The notes beneath the pieces are model-generated. The model saw only the letters and a program-made list of their open reading frames with translations, had not been told where the DNA came from and searched no databases. DNA of 64,000 nt, taken from an uncultured Chloroflexia bacterium (GTDB lineage Bacteria; Chloroflexota; Limnocylindria; QHBO01). Made by a program: the position numbers and the translations under genes. Of this stretch, positions 1 through 10,156 are shown piece after piece (the first letter of the stretch is position 1; every line of letters begins with the position of its first letter). The stretch is taken from NCBI GenBank assembly GCA_963827475.1, contig CAWHAZ010000005.1, positions 224,001-288,000 on the forward strand, read 5' to 3'.

Positions 1-1266
1 CCGTCGTCGGGCTCGGCCACATCGGACTGCCGCTGGCGGTCCAGTACGCCAGCCGCGGGCACGAGGTGATCGGCTGCGACCTCGACGGCCGGGTGGTGGA
101 GGCCATCAATCGCGGCGAATCGCCCCACGATGACGAGCCGGAGGTCTCCGACCTCGTCCCGGCGCTCGTCCGCGACGGACGCCTGCGGGCCACGACCGAT
201 GACGCGGCCGGGGTCCGGGAGGCGGAGACGGTGGTCGTCATCGTTCCGGTCGTGGTCGACGAGGCGCGCCAGGTCGACTTCTCCCAGATCGACGCCGCCA
301 CGGCCGAGGTCGCGCGCGGTCTGCAGGCCGGCACCCTGGTCATCTTCGAGACCACGCTGCCGATCGGCACCACGCGGGACCGGCTGGGGCCGATGCTCGA
401 GGCAGGCTCCGGGCTCCGTGCCGGAACGGACTTCGACCTTGCCTTCTCCCCGGAGCGGGTGCTCGTCGGCCGCGTCCTGGTCGACCTCCGCCGCTACCCG
501 AAGATCGTTGGCGGGACGAGCGCGCAGGCCACGAACCGGGCTGTCGCGTTCTACGGCGCGGTCCTCGACCCCGGAACGGAGATCCGGGCCATGGCCAACG
601 CCGAGGCGGCCGAGATGACCAAGCTCGCCGAGACGACGTATCGCGACGTGAACATCGCTCTCGCCAACGAGTTCGCCCAGGTGGCGGACCGGCGGGGGAT
701 CGACGTGACCGAGATCATCGCCGCCGCCAACTCGCAGCCGTACAGCCACATCCACCAGCCGGGCGTGGGCGTCGGCGGCCACTGCATCCCGGTCTACCCC
801 CATCTCCTGTTCCGCGACGAGCCGGACCTGAAGATCCCGCCTTTGGCGCGGATGGTGAACGACGGGATGGCGGCCTACGCCGTCGGGCAGCTGGGCGAGG
901 TCCTGGGACCGGCTCGACGGCGTTCCCGTCCTGGTCCTCGGCATCGGGTACCGCGGCGACGTCCGCGAGGACTTCTTCAGCAGCGCGCTGCTGCTCCGCG
1001 AGGCCCTCGCCGCGGCCGGGGCGACCGTCTTCGGCCACGACCCCTACTTCGACGCCGAGCACCTGCGCCGGCGGGGTTTCGAGCCGTACGACCTCGCGGA
1101 CCCGGCCCCGGTGCAGGCGGCGATCCTCCAGGCCGACCACGCGGCGTACCGCGAGCTTGATTTCGCGGCGCTGCCGGGCCTGGAGGTGGTGCTCGACGGG
1201 CGGAACGCCCTCGACCCGGAGCGCGTTGCCGCGCTCGGCCTCCGCTATCTCGGAGTCGGACGCTGA
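1..1266 (+). CDS. Nucleotide-sugar dehydrogenase (UDP-GlcNAc/UDP-ManNAc 6-dehydrogenase family), 5'-truncated, apparent frameshift near 912
   Basis: VVGLGHIGLP Rossmann start in frame from base 3; FSPER, KLAETTYRDVNIA and catalytic GGHCIP motifs. The C-terminal domain (VLVLGIGYRGDVRE...DGRNALD...YLGVGR*) continues in another frame to TGA at 1264-1266. Confidence 0.85.
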
Positions 1267-2054
1267 CCACGGAGGGCACCGACCCGACACCGTCGGTCGG
1301 GCTCGCCGCGGGTCGCGGGGTCTGGGTCGTCGTGCCGACCTACAACGAGCGCGAGAACCTGCCCGGCGTCGTCGAGGCGGTGCTGGCTGCCCTGCCCGAG
1401 GCCAACCTGCTGGTCGTGGACGATGAGTCCCCGGACGGGACCGGCCAGCTGGCCGACAGCCTGGCCGCGGCTGACCCGCGGGTCGAGGTGCTGCATCGGC
1501 CGGCGAAGCAGGGCCTGGGCGCGGCCTATCGCGAGGGCTTCAAGCGGGTGCTCGACAGCCCGGGAACGATGGCGGTGGTCCAGATGGACGCCGACTTCAG
1601 CCACGACCCGGCCGTCCTGCCGCGCCTGGTCGCGCCCCTGATGCGGGACGCGGATCTGGTCCTCGGCACCCGCTGGATGCCCGGTGGCGGCACGGTCGGC
1701 TGGCCGCTCCACCGTCGGCTGGTGAGCCGCGGGGGGACGCTCTTCGCCGGGATCGTCCTGCTCCTGCCCTACCGCGACCTGACCGGAGGCTTCAAGGCCT
1801 GGCGCCGCGAGCTGCTCGAGGCGATCCGCCTGCGCGAGGCATCGGCCCAGGGTTACGGCTTTCAGGTCGAGACCACCTGGTGGGCGCATCGCCGGGGCGC
1901 GAAGATCCGGGAGATCCCGATCGTCTTTCGCGAGCGCACGGCGGGGCGCTCGAAGATGACCGGCTCCATCGTCGCGGAGGCCATCGGCCTCGTCGTGCGC
2001 CTTCGCTGGCAGGCCATCGTGTGGGCGTTCCGCCGGCCTCGTGGCGACCGGTGA
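1263..2054 (+). CDS. Polyprenol-monophosphomannose synthase-like GT2 (DPM1/Ppm1 family)
   Basis: VVVPTYNEREN, VDDESPDGTG, QMDADFSH, DLTGGFKAW, GYGFQVE and FRERTAGRSKM motifs. The homologous strand VWVVVP lies upstream of the ORF-track start, so the in-frame CTG at 1263 is the likely start. Confidence 0.85.
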   Translation: MTTEGTDPTPSVGLAAGRGVWVVVPTYNERENLPGVVEAVLAALPEANLLVVDDESPDGTGQLADSLAAADPRVEVLHRPAKQGLGAAYREGFKRVLDSPGTMAVVQMDADFSHDPAVLPRLVAPLMRDADLVLGTRWMPGGGTVGWPLHRRLVSRGGTLFAGIVLLLPYRDLTGGFKAWRRELLEAIRLREASAQGYGFQVETTWWAHRRGAKIREIPIVFRERTAGRSKMTGSIVAEAIGLVVRLRWQAIVWAFRRPRGDR

Positions 2055-2128
2055 AGGCTTCGGGTACGATCCGCGCTCGCCCGCCCCTTCTTTGCTGATG
2101 GCGCCTGTCCGGCGCTGACAGGAGCCGC

Positions 2129-3893
2129 ATGACGTACCGCAGCCGTCCCGCGCCACGTCGCCGCCACCGCGCGCGCTGGCAGGACGAACTCCGCACCCAG
2201 CGCCTGCTCATCGGCGCTTTCGCGGGAGCCATTGCCGTCGCGCTCGGCCTGTTCGGGATGAGCGCCTGGACCGCGTACTACGACGGCAACCTGCGGCAGG
2301 TCATCGTGGTCGAGGGAACGGCCGTGCCGCGCGAGGGCCTGGACCTGCGCCAGGCGATCATCGGTTCCGAGCTGCAGGCCACCGCGGTGGACCTGCAGGG
2401 CCAGATGGGCGGGCAGCCCGCTGAGGATCCGCGCCCGCCGACGGCCCGCGACGCCCTGCTCCAGCAGCAGCTGACGGCCATCTCCGATCAATTCTCGAAT
2501 CTCACCTCGGTCGCCACCGGATCGATCACCGACGGGCTGTTCACGGCGTCGCGCGCCGACGGGCTGGGCATCTCGGTCAGCGCCGAGGAGGTCGACGCCG
2601 AGGTCGCCGACCGGAAGACCCTGCCCGCGCGGGTCCAGCTGTCGATCATCGCGGTCGACGCCCTGCCCGACGATGCGGAGGTGGGTGACGAGCCGACCGA
2701 GGAGGACTTCGCGCGGGCCGAGGACGAGGCGACCGAGATCCTCGCCGAGCTCGAGAGCGGCGGTGACTTCGGGACGATCGCGGCCGAGCAGTCGGACGAC
2801 GCCGCCTCGGCGCAGGCGAACGGCCTCGTCGGCTGGGTCGCGGAGGAGGACGCACAGTACGGGTACCTCTTCCCGTTGGCCGAGGGCGTCGAAACCGATG
2901 AGCTGGCCGGTCCGTCGCAGACCGAGACGGGGTTCGTCATCCTCCGCGTCGAGGACCGCACCGATGCCGGTCCGTTCACCGATCTCATCGACCTGCTGAA
3001 CAGCGCCCGGGTGTCGGACGCCGACTACCGCGCGTACGTGACCGACGACCTGTACCGGGTCGCCTACCGCACCCACTTCGAGGAAGAGGTCGTCGTCTCG
3101 CCCGCCCCGCAGCGGGAGGTCGCCCAGATCCTCGTGCTCAACGACCAGGGCATCCCGGTGCCCAAGCTCCGCGTTCGCCACCTCCTGGCCCAGCCGCTGC
3201 CCGGCGCGGAGGACCAGTCGACCGCCACCGAGGAGCAGTGGCAGGCGGCCCTCGACCGGGCCGAGGGCTGGTACGCGGAGGTCCAGGACCCCGATGCCGA
3301 CTGGTTCGAGATCGCGCCTCGAGAGCGACGACCCCGGGTCCCGGGAGAACGGCGGCGACCTCGGCTGGTACGACCCCACCAGCGGCGGGTTCGTGGCGGA
3401 GGTCGAGCAGACCATCGCGGACCTGGGGGTGGGCGAGATCAGCGAGCCGGTCGAGTCGGACTTCGGGTACCACGTCATCCAGGTCACCGACCAGCGCTCG
3501 ACCGCGCTCGAGTTCGCCGAGGAGATGATCGCCGACCTGCAGGCCGACCCCGACAGCTTCGGGGAGGTCGCTCGGACCAACAGCGAGGACGCATCCACCC
3601 GCGAAGAGGACGGATACCTCGGCTGGGTCGCCCAGTACGAGGGCACCCAGGTTCGCGAGGACGCGATCTTCGGCCTGACCGATGTCGGCGATGTCAGCAC
3701 TGAGCCGGTGATCGACGGCAACCAGGTCTGGATCTTCAAGCTGCTCGACAGCTCCGAGGAGCGCGCCATCGAGGAGGCACGGCTGACCACGATCCAGTCG
3801 GTCGGCTTCAGCCGCTGGTACGACGCGCTGAAGGCCGACGGCGAGATCTGGATCGATACCCAGCTCCAGGCGGCGCCCGCGCCGGCGGCCTAG
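2129..3893 (+). CDS. Membrane-anchored peptidyl-prolyl isomerase (PrsA/SurA-like, several parvulin domains), frameshift near 3320
   Basis: N-terminal TM helix; three parvulin-like segments (FGTIAAEQSDD..GLVGW, ESDDPGSRENGGDLGW, FGEVARTNSED..GYLGW) and FGYHVI; split between ORFs 2129..3703 and 3294..3893. Confidence 0.8.
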
Positions 3894-3906
3894 GACCGGA
3901 GGGCAG

Positions 3907-5028
3907 GTGGCGGACGGCGAGCGATCGGTCGATCGGCTCCTCGCCGCCGCCGGCCTCGAGCCCGGCCGCGGCGTCCAGGTCGTCGCCGGCGACCGGTTGG
4001 CGGCGGTGCCGTTCGACCCCGGGCTGCCGCTGATCGTCCTCGCCGCGCCGCCGACCGGGGACGACCCGGCCGCCAGCCTCCCCGGCCGCCACGCGCGCCG
4101 GGGGCCGGTCGCCGTCCTCGCCGCGCTGTATCCGGCCGGCCACCTCCTGCGACCCCTGCCCGAGGGCTCGCCGCGGTCGCTCGAGACAATCGACGACGCC
4201 ACGTTGCTGCCCGTCGACTGGTTTGTCCCGCCACTGGAGGCGGTGGACAATCTCGCGTCACCGCACGGCATGGCCGCCATCAGCGCCCGGCTTCGCGCCC
4301 CCGACGGGTGCCCCTGGGATCGGCGCCAGGACCACCGCTCGCTGCGCCCCTACCTGCTGGAGGAGGCCTACGAGACGCTCGACGCCATCGAACGGGGCAC
4401 GCCGTCGGACCTCGCCGAGGAGCTCGGCGACCTGTACCTGCAGGTCATCCTCCACGCCCAATTCGCCGCGGAGGCCGGGGAGTTCGACCTGACCGATGTC
4501 TACCGTGGCCTGGGGACGAAGATCATCCGCCGCCACCCACACGTGTTCGGCGAGGTGGCGGTGAGTGGCGTGGACCAGGTGGTCGCCAACTGGGAGTCGA
4601 TCAAGTCGTCCGAGCGCGAGGACGCCGGGCGGCCGCGCGCGTCGTTCGCGGACGTGGCGCGCACGCTGCCCGCCCTGCCCGCCAGCCGGGAGATCCAGGA
4701 ACGGGCATCGGCCCTCGGCTGGGACTGGCCCGACGTGGACGGGGTCTGGGAAAAGGTCGGGGAGGAGCTGGACGAGCTGCGGGACGCTGCGGCCGAGCCC
4801 GCGGCGCCGGAGGAGCGCCTCCACGAGCTGGGTGACGTCCTGTTCGCGCTCGCCAACCTGGCCCGCTGGCTGGGCGTCGATCCGGAGGAGGCGCTCCGGT
4901 CAGCGAACCACCGCTGGGTCGATCGCTACGCGGCAGTCGAGGCGCTTGCCACGGAGCGGGGCCTGGTCCTGGCCGACCTGGACGCCGAGGCCAAGGACGA
5001 GCTGTGGAACGAGGTCAAGGGCCGATGA
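3907..5028 (+). CDS. mazG: Nucleoside triphosphate pyrophosphohydrolase MazG (YabN-like N-terminal extension)
   Basis: LRAPDGCPWDRRQ, EEAYE, EELGDL, KIIRRHPHVFG and a second EELDE/ELGDVLF repeat. Confidence 0.92.
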   Translation: MADGERSVDRLLAAAGLEPGRGVQVVAGDRLAAVPFDPGLPLIVLAAPPTGDDPAASLPGRHARRGPVAVLAALYPAGHLLRPLPEGSPRSLETIDDATLLPVDWFVPPLEAVDNLASPHGMAAISARLRAPDGCPWDRRQDHRSLRPYLLEEAYETLDAIERGTPSDLAEELGDLYLQVILHAQFAAEAGEFDLTDVYRGLGTKIIRRHPHVFGEVAVSGVDQVVANWESIKSSEREDAGRPRASFADVARTLPALPASREIQERASALGWDWPDVDGVWEKVGEELDELRDAAAEPAAPEERLHELGDVLFALANLARWLGVDPEEALRSANHRWVDRYAAVEALATERGLVLADLDAEAKDELWNEVKGR

Positions 5029-6227
5029 GCGTTCGGGTGGCATTGGTCGGCCACGCGTCGTTCCCCGACGACACGCGGCTCCGCCGCCAGTCGGAAGCCC
5101 TCCGCGACGCGGGGTACGGCGTCGACGTCTTCGGCCTGCGGGACCCGGGGCAAGCGGAAGAGGAGGACTGGCACGGCGTGCGGGTCATGCGGTTGCCCGT
5201 GCGCCGGGCGTTCACCGGCTTCGCCGGGCATCTCGCCGAGTACCTCGCCTTCGCCGGCCTCGCGTCGGTACGGCTGGCGGCCGAGCATCGGCGGCGGCGC
5301 TACCGCCTGGTGCAGGTCGCCACGCTTCCGGACTTCCTCGCGTTCGCCGCCCTCCCCGTACGACTGACCGGCGTCCCGCTCCTGTTGGACCTGCACGAGG
5401 ACATGCCGGAGTTCTTCCGTGACCGCTTTCGCAGCCACGGCCTCCAGCTGCTCTTCCCCATCGTGTCCGTCGCCACCCGCGCCAGCGCGGCTGTCGCCGA
5501 CCAGATGATCACGGTCCACGAGCCGCTGCGCCAGCTCGCGCTCGCCCGCGGCGTGTCCGCGTCGCGGATCTCGGTCGTGATGGATGGGGCGGACGAGCGC
5601 CTGTTCGACCCCGCCCGCTACCCTCGTCGCCCGTTCAGGGCCGAGGGCAGGCTGCGGCTCATCCACCACAGCAACCTCCAGCGCATCTATGGCCTCGACA
5701 TCGCGGTGGCGGCCATGAGCCATCTGGACCCGGACGTCGATGCCCACCTGGACATCTACGGCGACGGCCCGTTCCGGGCGGATGTCGAGGCGGCCATCAC
5801 CCGCCACGAGGTCGGTGATCGCGTCACGCTGCACGGCCGGGTCGCGCAGGACGACCTTCCCGCCATCCTGGCAGCAGCCGACATCGGGCTGGTCCCGTCC
5901 CGACCGGAGCCGTACATGGCGTACTCGCTGTCGACCAAGCTGCTCGAGTACGTGGCGATGGGCGTGCCGGTCATCGCGACCGACCTGCGCACGTTTCGGG
6001 CCCACTTCGACGGGTCCGCGATCCACTACGTTCCCGGAAACGACCCGCGGGCCCTGGCCGGCGCGATCGCGGACCTCGCCCGGGACCCTTCGGCCGCCGC
6101 GGCACAGGCGGCGGAGGCCTCGCGCCAGGCGCGCCCGTACGCCTGGGCCATCCAGAAGGCCCGGTACCTGGCGATTGTCGGGGAACTCGTGGCGCGCGGT
6201 AGACTCGGGGCGCCGAGCGGGGCGTAG
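5025..6227 (+). CDS. Glycosyltransferase family 4
   Basis: DTRLRRQSEAL, LDLHE, ADIGLVP and STKLLEYVAMGVPVIATD motifs; ATG at 5025 overlaps the mazG TGA. Confidence 0.88.
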   Translation: MSVRVALVGHASFPDDTRLRRQSEALRDAGYGVDVFGLRDPGQAEEEDWHGVRVMRLPVRRAFTGFAGHLAEYLAFAGLASVRLAAEHRRRRYRLVQVATLPDFLAFAALPVRLTGVPLLLDLHEDMPEFFRDRFRSHGLQLLFPIVSVATRASAAVADQMITVHEPLRQLALARGVSASRISVVMDGADERLFDPARYPRRPFRAEGRLRLIHHSNLQRIYGLDIAVAAMSHLDPDVDAHLDIYGDGPFRADVEAAITRHEVGDRVTLHGRVAQDDLPAILAAADIGLVPSRPEPYMAYSLSTKLLEYVAMGVPVIATDLRTFRAHFDGSAIHYVPGNDPRALAGAIADLARDPSAAAAQAAEASRQARPYAWAIQKARYLAIVGELVARGRLGAPSGA

Positions 6228-6294
6228 CGCAGCCTGGTAGCGCACCTGCTTTGGGAGCAGGAGGCCGGCGGTTCGAATCCGCCCGCCCCGACCA
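6218..6294 (+). tRNA. tRNA-Pro (anticodon TGG)
   Basis: CGGGGCG acceptor arm pairs with CGCCCCG; anticodon arm CCTGC-TTTGGGA-GCAGG; T-loop TTCGAAT; encoded CCA. Confidence 0.97.
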
Positions 6295-6317
6295 CCGCGG
6301 AGGACCACCACCGGACG

Positions 6318-7007
6318 ATGCCGCCAGCCGAGCCGACGCGCCAGCCGACGGGCGAGCTGCTGGTTCCCGTGGCGCCGACCTCGACCGGTTATCGGCTCGC
6401 GAAGCGCGGCCTCGACATCGGCGGTGCGCTCGTGGGTCTCGTCGTCACCTCGCCGGTGCTCGGGATCGTGGCCGTCGCCGTCAAGCTCGACTCACCCGGA
6501 CCGGTCCTGTTCCGCCAGATCCGGCTGGGGTGCGGCGGGCAGCCATTCACCGTCCTGAAGTTCCGGACGATGCACCTCAGCGCGGACGAGCGCCGACACC
6601 AGGACCACATCCGGGAGCTGCTGCGGACGGGCGAGGCGGCCACCGAGGACACGACCTGGGCGCCCATCGCCGCCGACCCGCGGGTGACCCGGATCGGAGG
6701 GTTTCTCCGGCGCTCGCACCTCGACGAGCTGCCCCAGTTTCTGAACGTCATACGTGGCGAGATGAGCCTCGTCGGGCCTCGACCGCCGATCCCGTACGAG
6801 GTGGCGCTGTACGAGCCGTGGCAGCTGGCCCGCCTGTCGGTGGTGCCCGGGCTGACCGGTCTGTGGCAGGCCTACGGTTGGGGCCGGCTCAACTTCGCGG
6901 AGGGCGTGAAGCTGGATCTGGAGTACGTCCGGCGACGGTCGCTCGGCCTCGACCTGAGGATCATCCTCCGGACGCTGTGGCAGCTGCTGGCCGGTCGCCA
7001 GTTCTGA
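6318..7007 (+). CDS. Priming sugar transferase (phosphoglycosyl transferase, Bac_transf domain)
   Basis: KRGLDI, DSPGPVLFRQ, KFRTM, DPRVTRIG, LDELPQFLNV, GEMSLVGPRP and PGLTGLWQ motifs. Confidence 0.93.
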   Translation: MPPAEPTRQPTGELLVPVAPTSTGYRLAKRGLDIGGALVGLVVTSPVLGIVAVAVKLDSPGPVLFRQIRLGCGGQPFTVLKFRTMHLSADERRHQDHIRELLRTGEAATEDTTWAPIAADPRVTRIGGFLRRSHLDELPQFLNVIRGEMSLVGPRPPIPYEVALYEPWQLARLSVVPGLTGLWQAYGWGRLNFAEGVKLDLEYVRRRSLGLDLRIILRTLWQLLAGRQF

Positions 7008-8487
7008 CCGCGGCCGGGAGCGCCATCGAGCCGAGGCCGAGGAGGAACCAGAACAGGAACGCCGCCGTGTTTCCCTCCAGCAGCATGGTGGTGAAGACGG
7101 CGACCACGACGGTGACGACCCCCGACACGATGCCGGCGGGCACGCTGAATCGACTCCCCGCTGCCTTGCGGAACGCACGGATCGGCGCCCACAGGGCGAC
7201 GCCGATCATGGCCAGGAAGGCGGCGATACCGGCCACGCCACCCTCGACCCCGAGGTGCAGCCAGAAGTTGTCGACCGTCTCCTGGTTGGTGAGCAGGCGA
7301 TCGGTCTGGAACCGATCGTGGATCGGCGAGCCGAAGACGGACGCCGCGGCGCCACCGTATCGGCCCGGCCCGACGCCCAGGACGGGGTTGTCCTCCAGGA
7401 TCGGGAGGCCGTTGACGACGAACAGGGTGCGGAGGTCACGCATCTCGCCGATGGCCCCGATCCGGTTGATCGTGCTCTGCAGCGGGTCCACGCTGGTCGA
7501 GCCGCCGGTCAGGAGGCCCTTGGGCATGACCACCGCCGTGCCGTAGGCGACGACCATGATCAGAGCGAAGGCCACGAAGGCCCGCCGGTCGATGATGAGG
7601 GCCACTCCTCCAAGACCGACCGCCGCCCCGATCCACGATCCGCGCGAGTAGGTGAGGACGAGGGCCAGACCCATCGCCAGCGCCGCGCCGAGAATCAGCC
7701 AGCGCCGTCGACCCGGGGGCGTTCTGACCAGCGAGAAGATGGTGAACGGCAGGGCCATCCCGATGATCGTGCCGAGGATGTTCGGGTCCGCGACCAGCGA
7801 ACCCATCCGCACGCCTTCACCGGACTGACCGACGACCGGGGTGATGCCCAGCAGGCTCGGAGTCAGCAGCGCCTGGAGGATCGCGATGCCGGAGGCGATG
7901 GCGACGACGATCGCCGCGGCCCACATCGTGCGGTGCAGCTGGTCGTGCGTGTAGCCGACCATTCGCGGAAGGTAGAAGAGCACGGCGGCATCCAGCGTGA
8001 AGATCATCGCGGCGGCGGCTACCACGGGCGGCACCGCGTTGACGACCGCCGACAGCGCGCTCACCGCCAGGAAGACGGCCAGCGCCAGGCTGAAGGGGTG
8101 TCGGATCGCGCCGACCAGCGTACGGCGACGGGCGCTCACGACGACCAGGATTGCGGCGATGACCAGCAGCAACCCTTCCGAGAAGAAGCGGGCCACGTCG
8201 CGCGCACCGACGGGAAGCAGATTCTGGGTCGCATACAGGTCGACCAGGGGCGGCGAGAGCACGAGCGCCACGAGGATCGCGCGCGGCCAGCGAAGTGCGG
8301 CGACACCGAGGAGGACCAGCAGGCCGGCACCCAGGAGGAGGAACGCCAGAGTGGACAGGTGGGCCGCCCCGATCGTCGCGATGCCGAGCGCACCAATGGC
8401 CACCGCGGCGACCGTGGCCGGTATCCAGACCAGCTCGCCACCTCGGGCCGAAGGCGAGCTCGCCCCCGTGGTCACGCGTGAAGACAT
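6961..8487 (-). CDS. O-antigen ligase / Wzy polymerase-like membrane protein
   Basis: Many TM helices; RMGSLVADPN, LTYSRGSWIG, PVLGVGPG and DNFWLHLGVEGG motifs. Confidence 0.82.
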   Translation of the reverse strand: MSSRVTTGASSPSARGGELVWIPATVAAVAIGALGIATIGAAHLSTLAFLLLGAGLLVLLGVAALRWPRAILVALVLSPPLVDLYATQNLLPVGARDVARFFSEGLLLVIAAILVVVSARRRTLVGAIRHPFSLALAVFLAVSALSAVVNAVPPVVAAAAMIFTLDAAVLFYLPRMVGYTHDQLHRTMWAAAIVVAIASGIAILQALLTPSLLGITPVVGQSGEGVRMGSLVADPNILGTIIGMALPFTIFSLVRTPPGRRRWLILGAALAMGLALVLTYSRGSWIGAAVGLGGVALIIDRRAFVAFALIMVVAYGTAVVMPKGLLTGGSTSVDPLQSTINRIGAIGEMRDLRTLFVVNGLPILEDNPVLGVGPGRYGGAAASVFGSPIHDRFQTDRLLTNQETVDNFWLHLGVEGGVAGIAAFLAMIGVALWAPIRAFRKAAGSRFSVPAGIVSGVVTVVVAVFTTMLLEGNTAAFLFWFLLGLGSMALPAAVRTGDRPAAATASGG

Positions 8488-8542
8488 GCCGACACCCTGA
8501 GCCATTCTAGGGGGCGATCGGATTCGGCAGTCGCGGGCAGGC

Positions 8543-9985
8543 TCACTGCGGTGGCCCCGCCTCGGTCGTGGCCATGTACCACCCGGTCAGGGTCTCATCC
8601 GGTCCGAGCAGGGTCGCCATCCGATCCCGGATCGCGTCGCGATCGGGGAAGAGGAGGTAGTAGACCAGTGGATTCGGGCCGACCTCCACGTACTCGGGCC
8701 AGCCCAGCACGACCCGCTCGACGTCGCCGGACGCGATGAGCGGGGCCAGGGTGGCCAGGTCGCCGACCTGGGACCGCGGGAAGTCGGTGGTCACCGTCTC
8801 GGACACCGCGCTCAGGAGGCCCGGGAACGCGATGAACAGGTTGGTGGCGGCCACCTGCTGCTGGAATGCGAGCAGGAACTCCTGCTGGCGCGCGGCGCGC
8901 AGGAAGTCGTCCTGGGTCTCGACGGTGCCGTCCGGCATGGTCATCGTGCCCTGTCGGATCCGGGCAAAGGCCAGCGCATGCGCGCCGTCGTACTGCCGAC
9001 ATCCGGCCTCCAGCACGATGCCGTACTTCGGATCCCACGTCGGGCCGCCGTATTCGGGGTCGGCCAGGACGCCCGGGAGGCACAGCTCGATGCCGCCCAT
9101 GGCGTCGACCAGGGCGGCGAACCCGAGGAGATCGACCCACGCGACGTGCTGGATGTCGAGGCCGACGTACAGCCCGACCGCCTGGCGCAGGGTGGACACC
9201 CCGCAGTCTTCTCCGGCCGCCAGGTCGGGGCACCACAGGTCCGGATCGTCGTTGGCAGCCGACGCGAGCTCGTTCACCCGACGGGGATAGAGCCCGTCGC
9301 CATAGACGCGGCGGTCCGGCAACGGCACGTACCCGGTGTCGCGCGGAATGCTGATCAGCGCCGCGGTGCGGGACACCGGGTCGATGGAGGCGACCAGCAG
9401 GGTGTCGGTGTTCTCGTCGACGCGTCCCGGGCCACTGTCATAGCCGATGAGCAGGATGTTCACCCGCTCGGTCCCGTCCCATCCGTAGGTCGGGTCGACG
9501 GGGTCCGGGTGGCTCCCGATCGACGGGGGCTCGTACGACGAGCCGACCCGTGGATCGAAGATCCGCGCCAGCGCCTGGTCGGCGGCCACGGTGGCGGTGG
9601 CGAGCCAGGTGTGCATGGCCACCGTGATGATCATCAGCAGGACGACGACCGCGACGGTGGCCGGGGTTCGCGGTCGGGTGGGAATCGGCGTCAGGCCCGC
9701 CTCACCGATGGATGCCAGCCGCCAGCCGAGGAGGCCGATGTTCAGCAGGAGGACCACCAGCAGGGCTCCGGGCACGACGAGGACACGAAGCAGGATTTCG
9801 GTGCCCAGGAGCACCGCGCCGGCGATCATCCCGACCAGGAGCAGGATCGGTGCGGCAAAGAGCAGGCCGCGGCGGGTCCGTCCGGCGTAGGCTTGGCCGA
9901 GTCCGGGGAACAGGAACGAGAACGCCGCGGCGAGCGCGGCGTTGGGTCGGTGAGCCACCCGGCGGACCGGGGGCAGGTCAGTCAT
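8543..9985 (-). CDS. LCP (LytR-CpsA-Psr) family glycopolymer transferase with multi-TM N-terminus
   Basis: NILLIGYD, NTDTLLVASIDP, SIPRD, ALAFARIR and DFLRAARQQ motifs; N-terminal FSFLFPGLGQAY. Confidence 0.92.
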   Translation of the reverse strand: MTDLPPVRRVAHRPNAALAAAFSFLFPGLGQAYAGRTRRGLLFAAPILLLVGMIAGAVLLGTEILLRVLVVPGALLVVLLLNIGLLGWRLASIGEAGLTPIPTRPRTPATVAVVVLLMIITVAMHTWLATATVAADQALARIFDPRVGSSYEPPSIGSHPDPVDPTYGWDGTERVNILLIGYDSGPGRVDENTDTLLVASIDPVSRTAALISIPRDTGYVPLPDRRVYGDGLYPRRVNELASAANDDPDLWCPDLAAGEDCGVSTLRQAVGLYVGLDIQHVAWVDLLGFAALVDAMGGIELCLPGVLADPEYGGPTWDPKYGIVLEAGCRQYDGAHALAFARIRQGTMTMPDGTVETQDDFLRAARQQEFLLAFQQQVAATNLFIAFPGLLSAVSETVTTDFPRSQVGDLATLAPLIASGDVERVVLGWPEYVEVGPNPLVYYLLFPDRDAIRDRMATLLGPDETLTGWYMATTEAGPPQ

Positions 9986-10156
9986 GTGGACACCATGAAG
10001 CAGAGTCGGGACCAGGGCGGGAAATCGAGTATAGCAAGCGGCTGGTCGGGGCCCGGAAGTGGTGCCCACGAGCACCGATTGGGTAGTACGGACGGGTTAG
10101 TACCTTTGCGCCCTCCCTCGAGCCCCCCATAGACTGAATCGACAGCGAGACGGAGC

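Noticed and set aside
2060..2128. Fluoride-riboswitch-like GCTGATGGCGCCT in the PPIase leader
   Set aside because: The 5' GGnGATGR/P1 element is missing and the gene context is wrong; only a simple CCTGTC/GACAGG hairpin over the RBS remains.
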